Origin: Cycas panzhihuaensis | Lineage: Eukaryota; Plantae; Cycadophyta | Length of the DNA stretch: 64,000 nt | Direction: 5' to 3' | NCBI GenBank assembly: GCA_023213395.1 | Contig: CM041465.1 | Span: 233,437,741 to 233,501,740, forward strand | Part shown: positions 26,858 to 39,420 of the stretch, in pieces | Position numbering within the stretch: position 1 is the first letter of the stretch | Layout of the letters: the number at the start of each line of letters is the position of its first letter | Program-made: the position numbers and the translations under genes | The notes under the pieces: generated by a model | The model's database searches: none | Told to the model about the DNA's origin: nothing | What the model saw: only the letters and a program-made list of their open reading frames with translations

Positions 26858-27480
26858 ATGACCCCCTCGGAGCAACCCAGTAGGTTGGCCCTTCTTGGAG
26901 ACCTTTAAACAACCACCTTTCTTCAATTATCACTCTTTATCTCTAAAAAGATGTCACTGATGAGGTTAAACTATGATGACTAAGATCTTGCTTTCTAATT
27001 GATTTATGTATCCTTCATGATCTAGTTTTTATTGTATTGTTAACTTAGTTTTTATTATATATTTTTATTATGTTGTTGACTTAGTTTTTATTATATATTG
27101 GAGTGGTGAGGCATCCCCCTCATCTCCTTCCCTCTTTTTTATTCTTTGACGTTTCTCTCTAAGAATTTTTATTCCACCTCACTCTTTAGGGTCATGTTAC
27201 CCACCTAGGCACCACCTTGGGCATCCCCTAGGTCACTCCACCTTTATTTCATATGTGTTTTGGGCCTAGGGCTCCATACATGGAGGTTTAACCAAGCCAT
27301 ACCTCTCATTCCTCCCCCTAAAACACCCCTCCCATCTAGGTGATCTATCGCGACACCCGTTACTTACCTTGGTCACTGACACACTAGTTTTAGACATGCT
27401 TCCACTAACGAGTTTGTGTTGATAGCATTCACCATCATCCAATACTTTCAAGTAACAACGTTCTACTGCTAAGGGGGCAA

Positions 27481-29290
27481 TGTTTCCTAGCTTTCGAGAA
27501 TGGATTGGGATGACACTACACAAGTAAGATTAGGTATGTATTTTTTCCCTTTATACTTTATTATGTTTTCTAATCATTAAGATGCGTAATGGTTACACAA
27601 TTGTCTGGTTGCTTGAGTTGCTTGCATAATCCCTTACTTGTGTGTGTGATCTTTACCTATGACAACTAGGACTCCATTCCAATGACGATATACAACTCCT
27701 ATGATGTTTCCTCTAATGGTTATAGGTACTCACAGGTTTTCATAGCTTGATTTATATGATTTTTAGCTCATGTCATACCTTTTGGTCATATCTTTCCCTT
27801 CTATTATTCCTCATTTATTCCTTGGTCCACCAAGGAGAGTTGTTGAAGTCCCCCATGATAAAATGTGCCCTGTTTCTCATTCAGTATGAGGTTTATTCAC
27901 TTATTTCTACTAGTTTCAATCATTCAACACCATTTCCTTGAGATTTTAGCCCATTCTACTTTGTTTTGAGGATGTTTCCATTGCTTAAGAAGCCTCCTGT
28001 CAATCTTGATCTAATGGATTCATTGCCCAGAATGGAATTACAAGCTCTAGTAGTCATTCCCTCCCTATTTCCTTTACTTTTATTAAAGATCACAATGTTT
28101 TTTTAATTAATTTTTTATAAATTCTAAGTCTTTGTTATAGCTCTGCTATGTTTTCAGTCTATCCCACCTTGATAGTTGCAACCTACTAATATATTCACAA
28201 CCCCATGAATAAATTCATAGAGTGACTATTATACTGTTACTTGTGGCCATAAACGACTAGTTTTTGGCAATAATTACCTTTTGACGTAGGATTTGGCCTT
28301 GGGACTTACTAAATCAGGGCCTAACAGTCTCAAGAGGCCTTAGAAGTAACAAAAAGGATTTTTGAATCCCATTATTCATCATTCAAGCTCTCTCAAAATT
28401 CTTTTCTTCTTAAAAAAGAACATACTCAAACACAAGTTTCCTATCATTCTCATGATAGTGTACCAAAAATCAAACTAAGGATAGCTAAAGGAAGGAGGAA
28501 TCAGCCTTGTGGAAGCTATAAAACCTCCTTAAGCCACTAAAGCAGCTAAGGAGTTTCTCAATCTCACCATCAAGTTCAGATTTATCTCCCCCAATCCTTA
28601 GAAAGCTTGCAACTTATGTCAACATTCTCTTCAACCAATGAGTAAGCCCATTTTCCTTTGATTTTTATTATCGAATTCTTGTATCCCACCTAATCTCTCT
28701 CATTATTTATTGTAGATTTTGGTGATTTCATGGTATAAAAATCATTTGCATACTTATTTGGGAGTTTGCCTAGCATAAACTTTGGAGGCGACACCTCCAC
28801 CCTTCATAAAACCTCTTGTTTCACTTACCAAACTGCTAGCTTATGGTAAGTGGAGGACTTGGTCAGCTAAAGGAGATCATATGAAGGGTCTTGAGATTAA
28901 GTTTTGATACCAAAAGCCTCCATTCACTAGGATAATCCTCTACTTTAAGTCTCCAAGCACCCTACCATCTGTCACTACAACTAGTGTGACATTTGGTAGT
29001 GAAATGAGAAACACTTCTTTCACACATCTATTTTACACTTAGATTCTCACCCAAAACCATTATACAACTATGAGACACCTACATCCATTTGGGAGGAGCC
29101 ACATCTCATATAGAAGCTTGCAATTCTGAGGCAACCCCCTTTTTCTTTTTTCCCTCTTTTCTCCCTAATGTTACATGGTGAGATTTTAAGCTGGGAAGTA
29201 GGATTTGAACTCATTTCGTTATTGTAAATTACAATCTAAATATTCCAACAACATTTTTCTAGAAGAGAGTACACGCACACACATATACAT

Positions 29291-29323
<33 letters not shown>

Positions 29324-31065
29324 CTTTTCTTATAGAAGGTTTGTTTTCTTGTATCCCAGGTGGTAGAGGACTTCCTTTACAAGCAAAGTTATGCATTGCA
29401 TGAAGGTAATACTTTTCTTACCTCAAGTTCATTTTTACTTCATTTCTTTTACTTTTGCATAATTGGGGAAGGTAAGGAATCCCCATTTGGAGTTTAGGGG
29501 AAGGTAAGGAAGTCCCTCTCTCTAACTACAATAATGTTTGCAACAACTAGAGGAAGTGAAGGCATCAACAAGGAGAGGTACATAAAGAGGGATTGCATTT
29601 CATCATCAAATGTCATGAAAATAGGTGTGCTCTTTCTACTCCCCTTCTCCTTCTCTCCTTTTTACCTCTTCCCTAAAGGAATGTTGTAAATGTAAAACAC
29701 ATTAGTTTCTCTTTTTTGCATATTTTCATTACATATAGGGAAGAATGTAACATAGGCAATCTATATTCCTTCTTCTTCTTACATAAAAGGAATGATTTGC
29801 ATACCCTCTTCCATAGCTCTAAATGTTGCATACGAAAGAGGACTCATAAAACATTATAAGTTTGCCTTCATATATAAGTAGGAAAAATAAATTGCATTTT
29901 GTTTCCTCTTATTACTTTTAAACAAAAAAAGAGATTTAGTTAGATAGAAGCAACATTCTCTCACAATTCATCCTAACCCTAACCTATAAATGAAAAGGAA
30001 AGAGAGTGAGGAAGAGTGAGTGAGAAAAGTTATATGCTTATTTGTACATTTATTTTGATTTTATAAATTCTACAATGATTATCATTGCATGAAACTAAAC
30101 CTAACCTCAACAAAATGAAAACCCATAAACTTAAGAAATATCTTAGTTCTTCTTGCAACCCAAGAAGAATTTGCAACCTAGTTGCAACTGGATGGTTGTA
30201 ACATTCTCTCTATTTTGTGATTTCAACACCAAAACCCCAACCTCTAGAGGTAACCCTCTAAGTCAATAAATAAACCATATCAAACTAATCACCCCTTCAT
30301 CTCTTCATATCATTTTCTACCTCTTTTTCTGAAAGGAATTCTCTTTTCCTCTCACTTCCCTTTCTGAAAGGAAAGTCTCTCACCTCTCCTTTTCCACCAA
30401 AGATAGGAAGGCATTGGTTACTTATATAAATATAAATAAATAAAATACCTAGACTTTCTCAATTAAGAGGAGTTTATTACGTCAACATCTTCTTCTTTTT
30501 CTCTTTGCACCTAAAACCCCAACCTCTAAGAGTAACCTCTTAGGCGATATACAAACCATCCTTGAACTCTCTATTGCTTTTGAAAAACAAAAGAAACTCA
30601 ATTAAGAGGAGTTAGTTGTAGCAACATCCTCTTCTTTTATTCTCAACACCCAAAACCTTAGCCTCTAAGGATAACCCCTTAGACTCTAAATAGGTCATCT
30701 AAAGCCCTTGCTTCTAGCCTTATTGCTACCCGATTCCTTTTTCAAAGGAGGGTCCTCTCTTTTACTTATTTCCTTTCTTGAAAGAAGATTTAGCATCTCT
30801 TCTCTCCCTCTAAGGATAGGAGACCCTTGTTTAGGCCACTCGGTAATCTGAGGATGCCTTCTTCTTCTTGTTCACATTAAGAAAGTTACCTGAAGAGAAG
30901 ATAAAGGGTAGCATATAATTGTGAGTTCTTGAACCTATGTTCTAACATATGGATGCCCTTTGAGGGTAACCTAATCCTTCTCAAGACCTAGAAACTTTTA
31001 CTTATTAGCCTTAGTACCCGTCTAGAGTACCTTATCTTTAGTGACCCCCCAGAGGCATGCTTTTA
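27481..31065 (+). repeat. Element B 3' LTR (3585 bp)
   Basis: Colinear with the 5' LTR; preceded by the PPT. Confidence 0.93.
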
Positions 31066-31244
31066 TAGGGTATAATTTTTTTAAACACCCTATTATCTAG
31101 AAGTTATATTCTTGAGAATGAAGAAATTAAGAAGCAACTATGAGAGTTGTTGGATAGAGGCCATATCAAGCTAAATATGTCTAATACAATACTATAGGAT
31201 CAAAAGATATATCAATGCTTAGATAATCAAATAGATAAGTATTA

Positions 31245-31713
31245 CCTCCAATAACTTACTCTTAAGTTAAAGCTTATTAATGATAACTAAACCCTAGTGT
31301 TGAAATATATGGGTGGTTTATATATCGATATTTAGAAAGAGTTGAAGTTGTTAGAGGTCAAAACCTATGATAAAAGACTAAAGAAAGCCTTCTTGTTTGA
31401 AAATAAGACAAAGGATTGATGCCCCTCCACTTAAGCCTCTTTTAGTAAGCTAAAATCACTAATAGGCTTATAAGAAATCTAACACATCCACCTAGATATT
31501 TAATGAAATAAAGAAGAAGATCTCTTACAGGCATTATAAGAGGATGGGTCATGAAGAAATAGATTATTGGATACTATATCTAATGAAGAAACCTAAAAAA
31601 TAATTATGGATAGAGGTTAATGTAGGAATGGAATTTAACATTAATTATCTTTAATAATTTAACAACAAGTTCACACTTGTGTTAAAGCCCAAGCAAGAAG
31701 AGTTGATAGGGAG

Positions 31714-31759
<46 letters not shown>

Positions 31760-32590
31760 CTCCACTGAAGTTTAGATCTAGAAAGAATTAGTTATTATAA
31801 TATTTTACTCTAAAAGCCAAAAGAATTTAATTTTTGACATAATTGATTGACAACTTAGATTTCCCACCAAATTATATCAAAAGCTATATACATTGAGATG
31901 GCTCAATAAAAATGTAGAGGAGAGAGTAATGTAATGTTGTTAATTCAAGTTTACAATTACTACTACTTTCATTAATGAGATATAATGAAATGTAGTACCT
32001 TTATCTATTTATAAAGTTATCTTCAATAATCTGTATAAATGGGATAGTGTTAATACCTATAGAAAAAGGATGAACCAATATAGATTAGTGATAGATGGTG
32101 AGGCATATATAATTACTACAAAGAAGATGCCAAACCATTACCTTTAATGTCAATGATACAAGCCAAGAGGCTTGTGAATGCATCATAAAATTTATGTTGC
32201 TAGTATTAAAGCTAGTAGAGGATGGAAAAATAAGCACTATAATAAGCAATTTTCTTACTATTATAAACTAGAACAATCAATAATTAGATATTATACTACA
32301 GAAGTATAGAGATATCTTCAAAATGGACATGGGGTTAGAGATATCTTCAAAATGGACATGGGGTTATTACTAAAATTGGTAATTACATATGATATTGATT
32401 TATAATAGGGTATAATTCTTTTGAACATCCTATTATCTAGAAGCTATGTTCTTAAGAATGAAAGATCAAGAAGTAGGTATTAGAGATGTTAGATAGAGGC
32501 CATATTAAGCTAAATATACCTAATATAGTGCTATAGGATCAAATGATATATTGATGCCTAGGTAATCAAATAGACAACCACTACTTCCAA
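31245..32590 (+). repeat. Second copy of a ~1.35-kb tandem duplication in element A (first copy 2078-3259 plus 31066-31250)
   Basis: Colinear, including a (GA)n at the same site (31713-31754); junction microhomology ac(t/c)tccaa. Confidence 0.9.
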
Positions 32591-33691
32591 GATCTTTCAC
32601 AAATTTATGTGTGTGGGAACCAAAATTGACAAACTAAGGTATACTAAAAAGGATTTATAATTTAAAACCATAAAAACACCTTATTTTGATAGGAATAATA
32701 AAAAAGACTACTTTCTATTCTTGATGAAGATTATAAAATTTTACATCTACAAAGAAAATCCCTATATGGGGCTTAAAAAAATCTACACAAACACCTCTAT
32801 GGTTGGTTTCATGGTAACTTATACGCTTTACATTATATATTCTGCTTTCCTTCTATTAAGTTTTGTGTTGGTCCTTATAGAATAATCCTTCATATATGCA
32901 CGCCATCTCTACATGAAATTTTAGCCAAAATCATAAGCCAATCCCTTTAAGTAGCACAATCATTACATTGATTGCTTCCTTCTATTAGTTATTTGTTCTT
33001 CAAGATATTATTGGTTAGCTTTTGTCTACAACTAAACTTTAAAGTTGTTAACTAATTACTAATACTATGATAATTTAAATCTTCAAACTTATAAGTTAAA
33101 GAAACAATCCATTTTCAAGATATTTGGTTATAGAATTGATTTTTTTTAATACCAAATAAAGAAGTTAGATCTAGTCTACAATGTCAACCTATGCAAGAAT
33201 AGTTTCAATTCAGTTTAGCACCTTTTTTCATATGCATTAGTGTTCTCAAATCAATCTCTGCTTATGGTTCATTGATAATCCTCATGCCAAAGAATGATGG
33301 CACTTGGAGAATATGCATTAACTACTAAGCTCTTAGCAAGATTTATATAAAGAATATATATCTACTTCCTCATATGAAATATCTATTAGATTAGCTCCAA
33401 GGAGTTAAATAGTTCATTGAGATAGGCCTAAAATATGGTTGCCATCAAATTTATATTATAGATGAAGACTCTTTGAAGATAGCCTTCAAGAGAAGGCAAT
33501 GTTTATTTAAAGGGCTAGTGATGCCATTTGGAATAACAAATGAATCAAAAACTTTTATAAGGTTGATGAATGAAGTTTTATAATTATAACTAGATAATTT
33601 TGTAATTTTTTATTTAGATGATATTATAGTCTTTAGTAGGACATAGGCAAAACACTTACAGCATGTTTAAGTAGTGCGTAAAACTCTATAT

Positions 33692-35043
33692 TGTTGGAAT
33701 AGCCTAGTTCATGCTTCATAAGGCATAATAAGTAATACACATTTGTGTAAATTAGTTTATTAAGATATCAATATTTTATATATAGCCAAGTTATGTATTA
33801 TAAATATACAACTAATGTATCATATGTGATATCTTGATGTAAGGATGTTTCCATGGTGTTAATCAAAGTTGAGATACCTTAAGGGTACCGTTGTGATCCT
33901 AGTGTTTTATTTTTTATTTCTACAAATATTATTTTTTGTTAGTTGTATTTATTAACATGGTATCATAGCCAAAGTGAAGCAATATTTATTCATTGGAAGG
34001 ATTTGATTTGTTGTAGGTTCATCATCATTGAGGTGTTGGAGGTTGTGATAATGTTATGCAAGGTGATTTTGTTTATAGGTTGTGTCATATGCGAGCTTGA
34101 TATTTATTCATGAAACATATTTATGAGGGTAAAGAGCTTGTATTTTAATAGTTTATGATTCATGGCTCCATTTGTTATAATGACATCGAAGTAAAAACTA
34201 AGTCATTGATTTATGTTCCATCGTGCCTATTTGTTATCTACTAATGTTTGACTACTATTCTATTTGTGATTCATATAAGAGACGTACATATTACCTATTG
34301 CTCATGGTGTTCATTGGTTTAGTAGAACCTTAATCCTAAAGAATCGCTACTTATTATGAGATTATATAGTATCATTAGCTTGTAGCCCATGGAGTATTCA
34401 TAGTTATTTCACCTGTTTGTCATCAATATATCTATATAACTAAGCATCTGCATATTTACGTAATCATGCAATGGAGAAATTTAAACTCTAAAACACCATC
34501 CCTTGCTCACATAGGATATTTATCCATCAACGTCAAGCTAGTCAATGTTAAGAGAGATCGTTGATACCCTACATTAGATGTGGTTATATAGTTATCCACC
34601 TGTATTGAAAGACTTTAAGGATTTTTCCCTTTCATGTGTAAAATCATTGAAGACTACATAATTTACTGCTAATTTTCTTAATTTACCTTGCTTGCATTAT
34701 TAATTTCATGTAGATTATGTCGCCCTACATCTAAGTTAACCCGCATCAATGCCTTGTGTCAAGCTTTCGTTGTTAGAGTGATTTTGCCATCATTGTTACT
34801 TAGAGATTGTATGTATCATTCTGTCATAAAAGAGATTGCCCAAGATTGTTACTACTCTACATTGTCATCATCCCTGCCATCCTATTATCAAGCACCTCAA
34901 TTTAATTAAAGACCATCACTATCGTAACCTAACTACTGGGTGATCTATCATGAATTTGAATGATCAAAATCATACCGAGAATTTCATCCACTCATTTTGG
35001 TTTGAATTTTCATCATAAAAAATTTTGAGCTAGTAATTTTTTT

Positions 35044-35084
<41 letters not shown>

Positions 35085-37260
35085 TATTACAAAGTTTTTT
35101 ATAAATTTAACTAAATTAAAATTTTGACTTAAGTCTACTAGCCCCCTTTGTCATTAGCAGAAGGTCACTTATAGTAATAATACAACTAGGAGCTAAGTAG
35201 TAAAGGGTGCTAAAACCCTAAATTATATATATATTTTATTTTTATTTTTCATAAAGTGGTATTTAGGTATTTTCTTTAATATCTTAAGTTCTAGGAGTCA
35301 GTTTTTTAAATAGTATAAACTGTTGGAATCCTAACTTAGAGTCTGTCAATTTGGAATATGATTTGAGACATTTTGATATTATTTTCATAGAGAAATTTCA
35401 ATCTAAATTTGATTCTTTGTGGCAAATCCCTAAATGGTAACTGGATAAAATTCTCTTTTGCACCTTTTACATCATTCTCTTGCCTATTCCTTAACCTTAG
35501 ACTAATAATTTTTTAACTCTAAAATGCTATTGTAAACTATTTTAAGGAAATTTATTGTAATTTATATATTTGGGTCCTACAAAGAACCGGGAGGCACAAG
35601 GAGGCCCTAAAATCAAGGACAGGGTTAGTGTTATCTTGTTGATAGATTTCTATGACTATGTGGCCTATCTTATATGCCTTTGGGATGAATTTTTGGATTC
35701 TTAGTTACTTATTTGATCGATATGAAGGAGGTCCTAAATTTAAGAAGACATGAAATGTAGGTTAATATGTGATGCATTTTTTAAGTAATACACACTTATA
35801 ATCATGGAGGATAATGACATAGTTATATTTGTATATGAGACAAATAAATATTACTTAAGGGATATATTTCTTTCAATACCTAAGTGTAATGGAGCAAACT
35901 ACTTTTTTTGGACAATTAGAATGAGATGTCTATTCATAATTGGAGGATTGTGGAAAGTTGTTAATAATGCATATGATATTCTTGATGATAAAGAAGAAAG
36001 GGAAAAACTTAAGAAGAAAAACAAAGAAGCAATTATCATGATTTTTGTTGTAGTAGATTAAGGTTAAGCTTCCTTTAGAATATCATTTTATCATTCTTAA
36101 GGTTTAACATGCTAGTATTGTTAAAGAAGCTTGTAATTTTTTAAAGGATGTATTTGAACAAAATCCTAAAGAGATACAATAAATTATTAGTAAGACAAAT
36201 AAGATTATTTATGATTATGATATAGGTAAAATTAATGAAGAAAATACTATTAACATTGATGAAAGGGTATATCAAGACATTGATGAAGAAAGTATAGGTA
36301 TTGATGTTGATGCAAAGGTATATCAAGACATTGATAAAGAAAGTATAAGTATTGAAAAAACCACTACTGAACATAAAGAGACTATGATTGAATGCATTGT
36401 TGAAACTACTACTACTATTGAAGATATTGAGAGTGATGAATCAATTACTATTATTGGATGTAAAAAATTTATTGATGACTATGATCAAGCAATTGATACT
36501 CCTATTGAAGATAAATTTAATAATTTACTTCTATCTGCCAATTCAAGCTCAATTGATGTTCCTGATTTGAGTATTGATTCAAGTCTGAAGAATTTACAAG
36601 TTGATGAAGATTCTACTCCAAAGGTTAAAGAAATTATTGATTAAGAAGAAGAATTCATATAGGATGCTAATGTTCATTTTATAGATGATTCTACTGATAA
36701 ACAGGTAATGATTAAAGGCATGCTTAATGCAAAATTTAAAGATGTTATTGGTATTTGTGAAGATGATTACTTACATGATCTCCATCAAAGTCAAAGTAGA
36801 CCAACTATGTTGAAGAATTAAGATTTGTATATTAGTATGAAAAATGTCAAGTTTAAGGATCATTACTTGCTAGAGCTACTACAGCAAAGACATCACTATA
36901 GGATTAAAGCCAAGGATCAAGTCAAAGACATCATCTTCAAAATATTTCCAAGGACAAGACGTTGCAAATGCAAATAACCCAAATGTGCATTAAGGGGCAA
37001 TGTTAGAATAGCTTGGTTCATGCTTCATAAGGCATAATATGTAATGCACATTTATGTAAATTAGTTTATTATGATGTCAGTATTTTATACATAGCCAAGT
37101 TATATACTATAACTACATAACCAATGTATCATATGTGATCTCTTGATGTAAGGATGTTTCCATGGTATTAAGTAAAGTTGAGGTACCTTAAGGGTACTGT
37201 TACGATCCTAGTGTTTTATTTTTTGTTTCTACAAATATTATTTTCTAATGTTTCTTAACA
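33692..37260 (+). mobile_element. Element D: non-autonomous copia-related LTR element (TR-GAG-like), 3569 bp
   Basis: LTRs at 33692-33957 and 37001-37260 (TGTT...AACA). PBS tggtatcatagcc; PPT taaggggcaa; TSD tatat/tacat. No PR, INT or RT motifs seen. Confidence 0.92.
35804..36977 (+). pseudogene. Copia gag N-terminus fused to an acidic low-complexity tail (element D)
   Basis: IPKCNGANYFFWTIRMRCLFIIGGLWKVV (copia gag N-terminus), then D/E-rich sequence with an in-frame 51-bp repeat (~36258-36360). Confidence 0.7.
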
Positions 37261-39022
37261 TACATAAGCATCAACTCTAAGATAACTTGAAGAAATGTAA
37301 CTTTGCCATAAATTCAATAATTGCCCTTCGATTTATAATGGAAGAAGGGCCTACACATTAATCTTATGAAGACCAAAGATCTTATGGGACTTAGCTTGAA
37401 CCATGAAACTTATCAAAACCATGAAATTTTATGGGTTTAATAAACTACTTGAGGATATTCATGTTTAGATACTCTTAGATGGCATTACCTCTCAATACAT
37501 TGATGAGAGGAAAAATAGATTTCATTTCAAGATTTGGGTAATAGGAAGCCTTCAAGGCATTGGAATAGAAGGTCATTAATACATAAGTACTCACATTATT
37601 AGATGCAAGATTTCCATTAAAGATAAACATTGATGCATTCACATTAATGTTATGAGTTGCCCTATTTTAATAAGGATGACTAATAGCTTATCATTCTAAG
37701 ATATTCTCAAGAGTCATGTTGAAGTACTCCGCATATGACAAAAAGATATATGTTGGTTCAAGTTAAAAGATATGAAGGCACTATTTACTTACAAAGGAAA
37801 TGATAGTACACATTGATCACTAACCTCTTTAGTACATATTAACTGAACATAAACTTCAAAAATTTTTGTTACTTAAAATGGGTAATATACTTATAATAAT
37901 TTAAGTTTCTTATAAAATACAATAAAGGTAACACAAACAAAATTGTTTATTTTCTATCAAGACCCCCATAAGTACGTCTAAGTTTAGCTATTAGCTTAGA
38001 TTATTTTGGTTTAGGAAATATTTAAAGATATATACACTAATAAAAAAGGACATTAGAGATATTTTTAGTACTAAAGAATTTGTCCATGTCTATTATTGGA
38101 TAACATAAAGACTACTAGCTTATTAATGGATTACTCTACAAATTACAATCCCTTATGTACCATAATCTAGGTATCAAAATCATTTAATCTAAGAGGCATA
38201 TCATTCTAAAGTAGTTAATCATTTTGAAGTGCAAAAGATAATGGTCAATTTATAAAGGCACTTTTATTAGCCAAAGATAGTAGTAAAAGCGGAGAGATTC
38301 ATCAAAGGCTATATTCTTTGCATCATAGCAAAGATCTCTAATAGAAAATTAGGGCTTTACTTACATTTGCTAGTTCTTATAAGGCTATGAGAAGTGATAT
38401 TAAGGAATTTTCTATGTAGATTTCTCACCACCTAAAAGAAGGATGACTATTTATTTATTATCATTAATAGGATTAATAAGATACAAATCTTAGTGCCATG
38501 TAAAAAGACAATGGCAAGGCCATAAGCAATAGAACTATTCTTTATACATATATAGATTTAATTTAGACTCCCTTCATATATGGGTTTTTATAGGGATAGT
38601 AAGTTCCTTAATAAATTTTGAACTATATTATGGTCCTTGATGGACACTCAATTAAAAAGGAGTATAACATTTTAGCCACAAGTTGATGATCAGTTTGAAG
38701 TAGCAAATATAATAGTGGTGCAACTAATATAGATGTATAATTATCAACATTCAAAGACTTGAGATGAAAATATCTCATATATCCATCATAATTGTAGTAG
38801 AGCTCTTCATACCTCCAAATATAAATCTTTATTTGAAACATGCTTAGGCTTTATTTCTCTAATTTTTGGCCTCTTACCCTCAATTTAGGAATATAAGGAA
38901 TGTTTTTCTTCTCTCTCATTAGATATACATAAGTTGCTTATCAATTGTCTTATGTTTTATTTAATCACTTATATCTGCTTGTCATTTTATCTTATGCTAA
39001 ATTTTGATTGACCATTTGCTTG

Positions 39023-39153
<131 letters not shown>

Positions 39154-39420
39154 CATCACCCACTTGTTGATAACAATAATGAGATCTATTCCCATATAAC
39201 AAGTCTTGTTATGGAGGCTGATTCAACACCCATGATAATCATTATGATATATTTCTTCTATTGTGACCACTTTTTTGTTTTAATTCACTCTCTCTTTTAT
39301 CTCTTTTAAGTGACCTTTTCAAATTAGAATAAACACATACTCTTCTAAGTTAACTTATATGGACTAAATACTAATTAATTAGACCTTTAAGTTATTTATC
39401 ATATGAGTTGACCATAAGTT

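Larger units (their letters stand above)
3260..31065 (+). mobile_element. Element B: full-length decayed Tat-like Ty3/gypsy LTR retrotransposon
   Basis: Both LTRs start TGTTTC (3260, 27481) and end gcatgcttcca/gcatgctttta (15535, 31065). TSD tagga/taggg. PBS-like tgatgaccatattggggact at 15537 resembles the Tat/Ogre tRNA-Arg PBS. PPT aagggggcaa precedes 27481. Domain order gag-PR-RT-RH-INT. Confidence 0.93.
33255..38860 (+). pseudogene. Element A RT, RNase H and integrase remnant (interrupted by element D)
   Basis: AYGSLIILMPKNDGTWRICINY; VMPFGITN; FYLDDIIVFS; after element D, HKHQL..NLKKC; integrase RDSKFL..F and YKSLFETCLGF. Confidence 0.85.
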
